From: the human T2T-CHM13v2.0 reference genome, Homo sapiens
Length of the DNA stretch: 64,000 nt
Assembly: GCF_009914755.1 (NCBI RefSeq)
Contig: NC_060929.1
Strand: one strand, 5' to 3'
This document shows, in pieces, positions 47,772 to 61,604 of this stretch. Below the pieces are notes generated by a model. The model had not been told where the DNA came from and searched no databases. It saw only the letters and a list, made by a program, of their open reading frames with translations. Position 1 is the stretch's first letter; each line of letters starts with the position of its first letter. Position numbers and translations under genes: made by a program.

Positions 47772-50700
47772 TTTTTTTAACTTTTAAGTTCAGGAGTACA
47801 GGTAGAGGTTTGTTATTAGGTAAACCCATGTCATGGGGGTTTGTTGCACAGATTATTTTGTCATCCAGGTATTAGGCCTAGTACCCATTAGTTATTTTTC
47901 CTGATCCTCTCCCTCCTCCCACTCTCCACCCTTTAAAAGGCCCCTGTGTTGTTCCCCTGTATATGTCCATGTGTTCTTATCATTTAGCTCTCATTTATAA
48001 GTGAGAATATGCCATATTTGGTTTTCTGTTCCTGTATTAGGTTGCTAAGAATAATGGCCTCCAGCTCCATCCATGTTCCTGCAAAAGACATGATCTCATT
48101 CTTTTTTTATGGCTGCATAGTATTCCATGGTGTATATGTACCACATTTTCTTTGTCCAGTCTATCACTGATGGGCATTTAGGTTGACTCCATGTCCCTGC
48201 TATTGTGAACAGTGCTGCAATGAACATACACATGCATGTGTCTTTATGGTAGAACAATTTATATTCCTTTGTGTATATACCCAATAATGAAATTGCTGGG
48301 TCGAATGGTAGTTCTGTTTTTAGCTGTTCAAGAAATTGCCATAATGCTTTCCACAATGGTTGAACTAATTTACACTCGCAATAACAGTGTATGACTGTTC
48401 CTTTTTCTCCACAACCTCATCAGCATCTGCTATTTTTTTACTTTTTAATAATTGCCATTCTAACTGGTGTGAGATGATATCTCATTGTGGTTTTGACTAG
48501 CATTTCTCTAATCATCAGTGATGTTGAGCTTTTTTTTTATACACTTTTTGGCCACATGTATGTCGTCTTCTTAAAAGTGTCTGTGCATGTCCTTCGTCCA
48601 CTTTTTAATGTTTTTTTTTTTTCTTGTAAATCTGTTTCAGTTCCTTATAGATGCTGGATATTAGACCTTTGTTAGATGCATAGTTTGGGAAGATTGTCTC
48701 CCACTCTGTAGGTTGTCTGTTTACTCTATTGATAGTTTCTTTTGCCGTGGAGACAGTCTTTAGTTTCATTAGATCCCATTTGTCAATTTTTGCTTTCATT
48801 GCAATCACTTTTGGCATCTTTGTCATGAAATCTTTGCCTGTTCCTATGTCTCCAGGATTTTCATAGTTTTGGGTTTTATATTTAGGCCTTCAATCCATCT
48901 CGAGTTGATTTTTACACATGGTGTAAGGAAGGGGTTCATTTTCAATCTTCTGCACATGGCTAGCCAGTTATCCAAGTACAATTTATTGAATAGGGAGTCC
49001 TTTTTCCTTTGCTTGCTTTTCTCAGCTTTGTCCAAGATCAGATGATTGTAGGTGTGTGGCCTCATTTCTGAGCTCTCTATTCTGTTCCTTTGGTCTATTC
49101 GTGCCAGTACAATGCTGTTTTGGTCACTATAGTCCTGTAGTATAGTTTGAAGTAAGGTAGTGTGATACTTCCCCCTTTGTTCTTCTTGCTTAGAACTGCC
49201 TTGGCTATTCAGGATCTTTTATGTTTTCATACGTATTTTAAAACAGCTTCTAGTTCTGTGAAGAATACCATTGGCACTTTGATAGGAATAGCATTGAATC
49301 TATAAATTGCTTTGGGTACTATGGCCATGTTAACGATGTTGATTCTTTCTATTCATGAGCATGGGATGTGTTTCCATTTGTTTGTGTCATCTCTAATTTC
49401 TTTGAGCAGTGGCTTGTAGTTCTCTTCGTTGAGATCTTTCACCTCCCTAGTTAGCTGTATTCCTAGGTATTTTATTCTTTTTCTGGCAATTCTGAATAGA
49501 ATTGTGTTTCTGATTTGGTTCTTGGCTTAACTGTAATTGGTGTATAGGAATGTTAGTTATTTTTGTACATTGATTTTGTATCCTGAGAGTTTGCTGAAGT
49601 TGTTTATTAGCTTAAGGAGCTTTTGGGCCAAGAATATGGAGTTTTCTAGATATATGATCATGTAGTCAGCAAACAGGAATAGTTTAACATCCTGTCTTCC
49701 TATTTCTATGCCCTTTATTTCCTTCTCTCACCTGATTGCTCTGGCCAAGATTCCTAATACTATACTAAAGAGGAATGGTGAGAGAGGGCATTCTTGGCTT
49801 TCTTGTGCTGGTTTTCAAGGGTAGTGCTTCTGTTTTTGCCTATTCATTATGATGTTGGCTGTGGGTTTGTCTTGGATGTCTCTTTTTGAGGTATATTCCT
49901 TCAATATCTAGTTTATTGATAATTTTTAACATGAAGTGGTGTTGAATTTTATCAAAAACCTCTTCTGCATCTATTGAGATAATAACATGGCTTTTGTCTT
50001 TAGTTCTGTTTATGTGATGAATCACATTGATTTGCGTATACTGACTCAACTTTGCATCCCAGGGATAAAGCCTACTTAATTGTGGTGAATTAGCTTTTTG
50101 ATATGCTGCTGGAATTCAGTTTGCCCATATTTTGTTGAGGATTTTTGCATCAATGTTCATCAAGGATATTGGTCTGAAGTTTTCTTTTTTTGTTGTGTTT
50201 CTGCCAGGTTTTGGTATCAGGATGATGCCGGCCTCATAGAATAAGTTAGAGGGGAGTCCCTCATTTTCAATTTTTTTTAATAGTTTAAATAGAAATGGTA
50301 TTAGATCTTCTTTATACTTTTGGCATAATTTAGTTGAGAATCCTTCTGGTCCTGGGCTTTTTCTGGTTGGTAGGCTTATTACTTATTCAGGGAATCATTA
50401 TTCATCTGTTCAGAGATTCAATTTCTTCCTGGTTCAGGAAGGTGTTATGTGGAGGGTGCATGTGTACAGGAATTTATCCATTTATTCCAGAATTTCTAGT
50501 TTGTGTACATAGAGGTTTTCATAATATTATCTCATGGTTATTTGCTTTTCTGTGGGGCCAGTGTTAATATCCCTTTTGTCACTTCCAATTGTGTTTATTT
50601 GGCTCCTATCTCTTTTCTCTTTATTAGTCTAGCTAGCAGTCTATGCATTGTATTTTTTTTTTCCAAAAAACCAACCCCTGGATTTGTTGATCTTTTGAAT

Positions 50701-53312
50701 GGTTTTTCATGACTCAATCTCCTTCAGTTCAGCTTTGATTCTGGTTGTTTCTTGTCTTCTGCTAACTTTGGGGTAGGTTTCCTCTTGGTTGTCTAGTTCT
50801 TTTACTTGTGATGTTAGGTTGTTAATCTGAAATCTTTCTAATTTTTTGATGTGTTCATTCAGTGCTATAAATTCCCTCTTAACACTGCCTTAGCCGTGTC
50901 CTAGAGATTCTGGCATGTTTTATCTTTGTTCTCATTAGTTTCAAAGAACTTCTTGATTTCTGCCTTTATTTCATTATTTACCCAAATGTCATTCAGGAAC
51001 AGGTTATTCAATTCCATGTAATTGTATGGTTTTGAACTATTTTATTTGTCTTGAATTCTATTATTAATGGTGCTGTAGTCCAAATGATTGTTTTTTATGA
51101 TTTCAGTTCTTTTGCATTTGCTGAGGAGTGCTTTATTTTAGACTATGTGATCAATTTTAGAGTATGTGACATGTGGTGATGAGGAGAATATATGTTTTGT
51201 TGTTTTGGGGTGGAGTGTTCTGTAGATGCCTATCAGGTCCATTTGATCCAGTGCTGATTTCAGGTCCTAAATATCTTTGTTAATTTTTTGCCTTGATGAT
51301 CTGTCTAATACTGTCAGTGGGGTGTTGAAGTCTCTGACTATTATTGTGTGAAAGTCTAATTCTCTTTGAAGGTCTCTAACAACTTGCCTTATGAATCTGG
51401 GTGCTCCTCTGTTGGGTGCATGTATATTTAGAATAATTAGATTTTCTTGTTGAATTGAACCATTTACCATTATGTAATGCCCTTGTCTTTTTTGATCTTT
51501 GTTGGTTTATTATCTGTTTTGTCAGAAACTTGGATTGCAACCCACGCTTTTTTCTGTTTTCCATTTGCTTCGTAGATTTTCCTCGATCCCTTTGTTTTCA
51601 GCCTATGTATGTCACTGCATGTGAGATGGGTCTCTTGGAGACAGCATACTGTTGGGTCTTGCTTCTCTATCCAGCTTGCCATTATGTGCCTTTTAATTGA
51701 GGCAGTTAATCTGTTTAAATTCAAGGTTCATATTGAAATGTATGGATTTGATCCTGTCATCATGATGTTATCTGGTTATTATTCAGACTTGTTTGTGTGG
51801 TTGCTTTATAGTGTCACTGGTCTGTGTACTTCAGTGTGTTTCATAGTGGCTGGTAACAGTCTTTACTTCCCATATTTAGTGCTTTCTTCAGAAGCTCTTG
51901 CCTCCTTCAAGTTACATCTGGTGATAAATTCCCTCTGGTGAAAACAAATTGCTTGTCTGAAAAAGATATTATTTCTCCTTCACTTATGAATCTTAGTTTG
52001 GCCTGATATGAAATTCTTGGTTGGAATTTACTTTCCTTAAGAATGTTGAATATTGGTCCCCAATCTCTTCTGCCTTTTAGGGTTTGTGCTGAGAGTTTCA
52101 TTGTTAGACTAACGGCCTTCCCTTTGTGGGTGACCTGACCTTTTTCTCTAGCTGCCTTTAACCTTTTTTCTTTCATTTCAACCTTGGAGAATCTGATGAT
52201 TATGTATCTTAGGGATATCTTCCTTGTGAAGTATCTTAGTAAGGTTCTCTGCATTTCCTGAGTTAAAATGTTGGCCTCTCTAGCTAGGTTGGGGAAGTTA
52301 TCATGAAAGATAAGTTTTCCAAGTTGCTTCCATTCTCCTCTATCAAGGACACCAGTGTGTCATAGATTTGCTCTCTTACATAATCCCATATTTCTTGGAG
52401 GTTTTGTTCATTCCTTTTCATTCTTTTTTCTCTATTCTTAGCTGTCTTATTTCAGAAAGCTGTCTTATTTCTTAAGCTCTGAGATTCTTTCCTCAGCCTG
52501 GTCTATTCTGCTATTAACACTTGTGATTGCATTATGAAATTCTTGTAGTGTGTTTCTCAGTTCTATCAGGTCAATTACATTCTTTTCTATACTGGCTTTT
52601 TGTCTGTTAGCTCCTGTATCATTTTACTGTGATACTTAGCTTCCTTGGATTGGCTTTTAATGTACTCCTGCATCTCAATTGTCTTCATTCTTATCCATAT
52701 TCTGAATTCTATTTCTGTCGTTTCAGTCATCTCTGCCACATTCAGAATGCTTTGTGGAGAGGTAGTGCTATCGTTTGGAGGAATAAAGGCACTCTGGCTT
52801 TTTGATACATCAGTTTTCATGTGCTGGTTCTTTCTCATCTTTGTGGGCTGATATTCCTTCAGTTTTTGAAGTTGCTGTTCTTCAGATTTTTTTTCTTTAT
52901 CTTATTTGATGGCCTTGAAGGTTTGATTGTGGTATAATGTGAGTTCAGTTGACTGGCTTTGTTTCTGGGAGATTTTAGGGGGCCAAGTCTCAGCTCCCAA
53001 CTCCTGAAATGCAAGCTCTAATTCTGAGGGACTTGTACTGGGCCCCAACTTTGTTCTCTGGCTCCTCAAGGTTAGGAACCTACTGCACTGGGTGGGAGTG
53101 GTTGCGGGGGTGAGGTGCTCCCAGACTACTGGTCTCTACAATCCAATGGGTGGTGCCAGCCAAAGCATTTCATAGGTTGGTGGCAATGGGATCCATTCTC
53201 ATTCTCATGTGCCAGCAGTAGCAGCAGTGTGGTGGGGCACATACTCATCAGCTACAGCAGGGTGCTAGTGGATCCTAGGGTGCCTGCCTCCCTACGGGCA
53301 TTTACAGCAGCA
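47772..53312 (-). mobile_element. Near-full-length, degenerate L1PA (PA13-16-like)
   Basis: 3'UTR; ORF2 remnants (ELPFDPAISLLGIY; [12 protein letters not shown]; WIEKQDPTVCCLQETHL); ORF1 (IIIRFSKVEMKEK..KAAREKGQVT); 5'UTR; frames broken. Confidence 0.92.
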
Positions 53313-54720
53313 GTATGTCTGTTTCTATACCAGTACCATACTGTTACACAGGTATAGACTACTATTGTTTTCAAATATAGCTTGAAATTAGGAGGTGTGA
53401 TGCCTCCAGCTTTGTTGTTTCTAAAGATTGCTTTGGCTATTTGAAATCTTTTGTGGTTCCATATGAATTTTAGGATTGTTTTTTCTATTTCTGTGAAAAA
53501 TTACATGGGAATCTGGATAATGATTGTAACGAATCTGTAGATCACTTTGACATGTGGACATTTTAACAACATTACTTCCTCCAATCAATGAAATGGTATA
53601 TCATTACATTTATTTGTGCCTTCAATTTCTTTCATTAATGTCTTATAATTTTTAGTATATAGCTCTTTTGCCTCCTTGGTTGTATTTGTTCCTAAGGATA
53701 TTATTTTCTTAATCCCTTTTTTGGAAGCTCACTGTTAGTGAATAAAGACAACTGATTTTTGTATATTGACTTTGTATCCTGTAATAAGATATTGTTTATT
53801 AGTTCTAACAGTTTTCATTGAAGTCTTTAGTTTTTCTTTCATGTGAAATCATGTCATCTACAGAGACAATTTAACTTCTTTTTTTTTTTGAGACAGAGTC
53901 TCACTCTGTCTCCAGTCTGGAGTGCAGTGGCACGATCTTGGCTCACTGCAACCTCCACCTCACAGGTTCAGGGACTACAGGTGCATGCCATCACGCCCAA
54001 CTAATTTTTGTATTTTTAGTAGAGATGGGGTTTTACCATGTTGGCCAGGATGATCTCAATCTCTTGACCTCGTGATCTGCCTGCCTCGGTCTCCCAAAGT
54101 GCTGGGATTACAGGTGTGAGCCACCTTGCCTGGCCAACTTCTTTTTCAATGTGGATGCTTTTTATTTCTTTTCATTGCCTAATTGCTCTGGCTCAGACTT
54201 CTAGTACTATGCTGAATAGAAGTAGCAAGAATGGGTACTCAGGTCTTGTTGCTCATTTTAGAAGAAACTTTCAGCTTTTTATCATTGAGTATATTAGTTG
54301 TGGGCTTATCATTAATGGCCTTTATTGTGTTGAGGTACATTCCATCTATACCTAATTTGTTGAGAGTTTTTATCATTAAAAATTTTGGATTTTGTCAATG
54401 GTTTTTAAGCATTGATTGCAATGATAATATGTTTTTTCTTCTCTTGATGTTTTTCATTGTGATTTGTTGATTTTTTTTTGCAATAGTGTGTGTTCATTCT
54501 TTTCTATTTATCTTTTGTGTATTTACTAAAGGATTGTTCTCTGTGGTTACCATAGGGCTCACATAAAACATCTTGTAGTTAGAACATTCTATTTTAAGCT
54601 GATAACAACTTAACTTCAATCACATACATTCTATGCTTTTACTCCACCCTTCCACATTTTATGCTTTGGATATCATGCTTTACAACATCTTTTTATTTTG
54701 TGTAGTCTTTAACAAATGAT
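53313..54720 (-). mobile_element. Continuation of older L1, with an Alu at ~53876-54135
   Basis: TATGTCTGTTTCTATACCAGTACCAT resumes ORF2 where 47460 stops; Alu TSD AACTTCTTTTT. Confidence 0.85.
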
Positions 54721-54722
54721 GG

Positions 54723-56136
54723 TAGCTCCAACCCCACATTTTCCCTCCACACTGCCCTAGTAGAGGTTTTCCATGAGGGCTCTGCCCCTGCAGCAGACTT
54801 CTGCCTGGATGTCCAGGTGTTTCCATACAGCCTCTGAAATCTAGGCAGAGGTTCCCAAACCTCAACTCTTGCCTTCTGTGCACCTGCAGGCCCAACACCA
54901 TGTGGAAGCCACCAAGGTTTGGGGCTTACCCTCTTAAGCAATAACTTGAACTGTACCTTGGCCCCTTTTGGCCATGGATGGAATTGGAGTGGCTGGGATG
55001 TAGGGCGCCATGTCCCAAGGCTGCACAGAGCAGCAAGGCCCTGGGCCTGGTCCAGAAAACCATTTTTCCCTCCCAGGCCTCCAGGCCTGTGATGGGAGGG
55101 GCTGTTGTGAAGGTCTCTGAAATTCCCTGTAGGTATTTTTCCCACTGTCTTGGATATTAACACAGCTCCTCTTTACTTACACAAATTTCTGCAGCTGGCT
55201 TGAATTTCTCCCATCAGAAAATGGGTTTTTCTTTTCTACCACCTGGTCAGGCCACAAATTTTCCATACTTTTATGCTCTTCTTCCTTTTTAAATGTAAGT
55301 TCCAATTCAGACCACCTCTTTGTGAACAACACATATAAACATAGGCTGTTAGAAGAAGCCAAGCCATGTCTTGAATGCTTTGCTTAAAAATTTCTCCCAC
55401 CAGATATCTTAAATTATTTCTCTCAAGTTCAAAGTTCCACAGATCTTTACAGCAGGAGCACAATGCTGCCAGTATATTTACTAAAGCATAGCAAGAGTAA
55501 CCTTTACTCCAGCTCCCAATAAGTTCCTCAGCTCCATCTGAGACCTCATCAGCCTGGCCATCTCTGTCCATATCACTATCAGCATTTTGGTCAAAACCAT
55601 TCAACAAGTCTCCAGGAAGTTCCAAACCTTCCCTCATGTTCCTGTCTTCTTCTGAGCCCTCCAAACTGTTTCAGTCTCTGCCCATTACTCAGTTCCAAAG
55701 CTGCTATCATATTTTCAGGTACCTTTATAGCAATGCCCCATTTCTCTGATATCAATTTTCTGTATTAGTCTGTTCTCACATTGCTATAAATAACTACCTG
55801 AGACTGGGTAGTTTATAAAGAGAAGAGGTTTAATTGACTCACAGTTCCACAGGCTGTACAGGAGTTATGGCTGGGGAGGCCTCAGGAAACATGGTTACGG
55901 CAGAATGTGAGGTGGAAGCAAGCATATCTTCATGTGGCAACAGGAGAAAAAGAAAAGGGAGAAGTGCCACACACTTTCAAACAACTAGATCTCGTGAGCA
56001 TTCACTCACTGTCACAAGAACAGCAAGGGGGAAACTGCCCCCATGATTCAATCACCTCCCACTAGATCCCTCCCCCAACACTGGGAATACAATTCAACAA
56101 GAGATTTGGGAGAGGACACAGAGCCAATCTATATCA
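54723..56136 (-). mobile_element. MST-type MaLR: LTR (55761-56136) plus truncated internal region
   Basis: Internal text homologous to the THE1 internal region at 44450-45390; LTR TGTATTAGTC...ATATCA. Confidence 0.88.
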
Positions 56137-56953
56137 TTCCAGACTTACCCTTTCACCTAAAACAACAAAAATAAATCAGAAAAAAATATATGAAACAACA
56201 GTTTTCAAGACACTGGACATCAGACATTGAAGGACAGTAATCTCCAAGAGATTGAAAACAAACAATATGAGTCTTACAATTTCCCCAACTTACTGCCTTG
56301 AGAGAATTTCTAGCCTGCAGTACAGGGAGGGAAAACTAAGCAGTACCCAGCAGACTGCCTGACTTGAGGAGATGTAGCTGAGTACTAGGGAAACCAAAAT
56401 GACTTAGTTTATAGGGCGGAATACCAGAGAGGAGAGAGCTACATACAGAGAGAACCCCAGCAATATGCATACTGTTCAGTATGCAGTAGAGTACTGATCA
56501 GTACAAGCTTACGAAGAAACTATCTGAGGCCAGTAAAAGAACTATCTGAAAAGATTAGCAGAAATAGTGCTAATGCTTACACAATATTGGGAACAGTACC
56601 TGAAGATTTAACAAGCAAGAACCCTTTTTTTCTCAATTTTTTTCTTTTCTCCTTTTAGGAGGTACACAATAATGGCTAAGACATTAAAAAACAACTGCAT
56701 ATACAAGGAAAGCTAGACAGTGACTGTGCATGTCTAGAAAAATATGCAAACCTCAGAAAAGACCTAAGAAGACCTTAAGTTTACACCTCAAGCTGATCTT
56801 TGGCATACAAGTAGCCTATGACAATGAAAACAAAAACAATTACAAAAGATGCCAAAGTTGGCTGGGTGCGGTGGCTCACGCCTATAATCCCAGCACTTTG
56901 GGAGGCCGAGGCGGGTGGATCATGAGGTCAGGAGATCGAGACCATCCTGGCTA

Positions 56954-57397
<444 letters not shown>

Positions 57398-60300
57398 CTA
57401 AAGGAAGATGTGAAAAAAAGTCAAAAAAACTATGTATAAACAAAATTAAAATATCAATAAAAACAGAAAACCTCAAAAGAAGCAAAAAAAAAAATCTAGA
57501 GCTTAAAAGTACAATAACTGAAAGGAAAAATTCACTAGAAAGATCCAAGGGCATATTTAAGCAGGCAGAAGAATCTATAAACTTGAAAATAGGACAATGA
57601 ATCTATTTAGTCTGAAGAAAATAAATTTAAAAATTGAAGAAAAATGAACAGTGTAAGAGACCTGTGGGACACCATCAAGCAAACCTACATATATATTGTG
57701 AAAGTCCCAGAAGGAAAAGAATGAGAAAAGAGGGAAGAGAGAATATTAGAAGAAATAATGACTGAAATTTTCCAAATTTGATAAAAGACATAAACATCTA
57801 AGAAGCTCAACAAACTCCAAGTAAGATGAACTGAAAGACACCCACACTTATTATAATCAAACTTTAGAAAGAAAGACAAAGAATCCTGAAAGCAGCAAGA
57901 GAAGTGACTTGTTGCACACAAGGGATCTTTATAAGATAATCAACAGATTTCTTGTCAGAAATGTTGGCTACCAGAAGGCAGTGGGCTTATAAATTCAAAG
58001 TGCTAAAAGAAAAATATCTGTGAACCAAATATCCTACATCCAGTAAAACTGTCCTTCAAAAATGAGGGAGAAATTAAGACATTCCCAGATAAACAAAGCT
58101 GAGGGAGGTAGTTACCACTAGATTTGCCCTGCAAGAAATGCTTAAGGGAGTCCTATAAGGTGAAATGAAAGGACACTAGACAGTACCTTGAAGTTGTATG
58201 AAGAAATGAAGATCTAAATAAAGGCAAATAGAAGGGGCAATTATAAAAGCTACTATTATTATAACAACAATTTATAACTCTACTTCTTGTTTTCTATATG
58301 ATTTAAGAGACTAATAAATTTAAAAAATAATTATTGGTATAAGAGCTAGTATTATTGTAACATTGGTTTGTAACTCATATTTTATTTTCATAATTTAAAA
58401 GACTAAAGTGTTTAAAAGTATTATTGACTGGGCATGGTGGCTGACACCTGTAATCTCAGCTGCAGGCAGACTGCTTAGGCCCAGGAGTTGGAGGCCAGCC
58501 TGACAAACATGACAAAACCCTGTCTCTACAAAAAATACAAAAATTAGCTGGACGTGGTTGTGCATGCCTGCAGTCCCACCTACTCAGGAAGCCAAACTGG
58601 GAGGACTGCTTGAGCCTGGGAGGTGGAGGTTGCAGTGAGTCATGATCATGCCACTACACTCAGCCTGGGCAATAGAATGAGTTTCCATCTCAAAAAAATT
58701 ATTAATTTATGTTTTAAGGCACATGATGTATAAAAATGTTAACATCATCATCTGAAAGGGGTGAAGGCAGAGATGTAAAGGGGCAAAGTTTTTGTATGTC
58801 ATTGAAGTTAACCATAAATTCTAATTAGAGTATCATAACTTTAGACTGCTAAATAAATTCAAATTAGAGTATCATAACTTCAGACTGCTAAAGGTAATCC
58901 CTCTGGTAACCACAAAGAAAATAGCTATAGAATATACACAAAAGGAAATAAGAAATAAATTCAAATATTTCACTACAAAAAATCAATTAACCACAAAAGA
59001 AGACAGTAATGTAGAAAGTGAAGGACAAAAAAAGATAAAGGCATATAGAGAACAATGAGCAAAATGACAAAAATAAGTCTGTCCTTATCAGTAAGTATTT
59101 TAAATAAACAAATTAAATTCTCCCATAGAAAAACTGGGATTGGCAAAATGGATAAAAAACATATGCTATATGTTGTTTATAAGAGACTCACTTTAGATCC
59201 AAAGACATAAATAAATTAAAAGTGAAACAGAAAAAGCTACTCCATGTAAATAGTAACAAAAGAGAGCAGGGGCAGCTATAATAATATCAGATAAAGTTTC
59301 AATCAAAAGGTTATAAGAGACAAAGATGAATATTATATATTAATAAAAGACTCAAGATAGCAAGAACATATAACAATTATAAACATTTACACAGTGAATG
59401 ACAGACCATCAAAATATATGAAGTAAAAACTGACAGAACTGAAGGGAAAAATAGACAGTTCTATAATAATAGTTGAAGACTTCAATACCTCTCTCTCAAT
59501 AATTGATAGAATAACCAGGCAGAAGAGAATATGAAAATAGAGGACTTACAATCAATTAAGTGTAACATATATACAAAACAATCTTTCAAATAACAGCATA
59601 TATATTCTTCTCAAGTGCACATGGGATATTTTACAGGATAGACCAGGTATCAGGCCATAAATTAAGTCTCAGTATATTTTAAAAGATAGATATCATACAA
59701 AGTATTTTGTCTGACCAAAATAGAATGAAGTCATTAAAAAAAACCAGAGTTTGTGAAACTGAAAAATTCAACAAACTGTGAAAATTAAACAACATACTCT
59801 TAAACACCAATGGGCCAAAGTAGAAATCACAAGGGAAATTAGAAAATACTTAGAGACAAATGAAAACAAAACCACAACATAACCAAACTTACGGGATTTA
59901 GTGAAAGCAGTGCTTAAAGGGAAATTTATGGCTATAAATGCTTAAATTGAAAAACAAGAAATGTCTCAAATCAACAACCTAACTTTACAACTTAAGGAAC
60001 TAGAAAAGAAGAACCATCTAAACCCAAAGCTAGCAGAAGGATGGAAATAATAAAGATTAGAGCAGACAGAAACAAAATAGAGAATAGAAAATCATAAGGA
60101 AAATCAATCAAACCAAAATTGGTTCTTTGAAAATAGCAACAAAACTGGCAAACCTTTAATGAAAAAATACTAATAAAAAGGGAAAGAAGACTTAAATTAC
60201 TAAAGTCAGAAATGAAAGTGGTGACATTACTGCCAATTCTACCAAAAAGAGAATTACAAAGAGAGTATTATGAACAATTGTATATCAACAAATTTGATAA

Positions 60301-60957
60301 CCTAGATGAAATAAACAAATACCTATAAACACAAAGCCTCTCAATACTAAATCATGCAGAAATAGAAAACCAGAATATACCTACAGAACTAGTAGGGAGA
60401 TTGAATCAGTAATGAAAAAACTCCCAACAAGGAAAAGCCCTAATTCTGATGCCTTCCCTGGTGAATTCTACCAAACATTTAAAGAACTAAAACCAATACT
60501 TCTCTAACTTTCCAAGAAGAGAAAGGAATGATTTGTAACTCATTCTATGAGACCAACATTACCCAAAGTCAAACAAAGTGTCTTTTCTGGACAATACATG
60601 AAAAGAAAACTACAGGCCAATATCCATTAGAACATTGAAGAAAAATCCTCAACAAATTACTAGCAAACCAAATTCAGCAGCATATTAAAATTATTATAGG
60701 CCACAACTAAATGGGTTTTATTCGTGGAATGCAAGGATGGTTCAACATACAAAAGCCAATCAATGTTTCTGCTTAATTTGGCGAGACTTAAAAAAAATCA
60801 ATCACTGTAATATACCACATATAGTAGAATGAAAGGAAAAAACAACTGATCTTCTCAACTGATGCTGAAAAAGCATTTGACAAAATTCAATACCATTTTG
60901 TGATAAAAACAATAAACTAGGAATTGAAGGAAACTACTTCAACAAAATAAAAGCCAT

Positions 60958-61604
60958 TGATACGGTTTGGATTTGTGTCCCTGCCCAAATCTCATGTGAA
61001 ATTGTAATCCCCAATGTTGGAGGTGGGCCCTGGTGGGAGGTGACTGGATCATGGGAGTGGTACTTCACAGGGGTGGTCCCCAATTGTTTAGCACCATGCC
61101 CTTGTTGCTGTTCTAGTGGGGGAGTTATTGTGAGATCTTGTTGTTTAAAAGTGTGTGGCACCTCCCCATTTTCTCTCTTCCTCCTGCTCTGGCCATGTAA
61201 GATGCCTTGCTCCCCTTTTGCCTTTCACCATAATTGGAACCTCTTTTCTTTATATATATAAAGAAACCTCTTTTCTTTATATATATAAAGAAACCTCTTT
61301 TCTTTATATATATAAAGAAACCTCTTTTCTTTATATATATAAAGAAACCTCTTTTCTTTATATATATAAAGAAACCTCTTTTCTTTATATATATAAAGAA
61401 ACCTCTTTTCTTTATATATATAAAGAAACCTCTTTTCTTTATATATATAAAGAAACCTCTTTTCTTTATATATATAAAGAAACCTCTTTTCTTTATATAT
61501 ATAAAGAAACCTCTTTTCTTTATATATATAAAGAAACCTCTTTTCTTTATAAATTACCCAGTCTCAGGTATTTCTTTATAGCAATGTGAAAATGAACGAA
61601 TACA
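60958..61604 (+). mobile_element. MSTA solo LTR containing a minisatellite
   Basis: TGATACGGTTTGG...TACA; 5-bp TSD GCCAT. Confidence 0.9.
61238..61551. repeat. Perfect 27-bp minisatellite, 11 full units plus a partial unit
   Basis: Unit AACCTCTTTTCTTTATATATATAAAGA; the ORF track shows TSFLYIYKE x11. Confidence 0.98.

Noticed and set aside
44171-55664. ORFs of 100-164 aa in THE1/MST internal regions and L1PA as possible domesticated genes
   Set aside because: They are frameshifted fragments of MaLR and L1 sequence with no continuous frame or exon signals.
61238-61551. CRISPR-like array of palindromic repeats; repeat-protein ORFs 61155-61589 and 61234-61581
   Set aside because: There are no unique spacers, no cas genes and the context is a eukaryotic LTR. 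The ORFs are open only because the 27-bp unit lacks stops in those frames.
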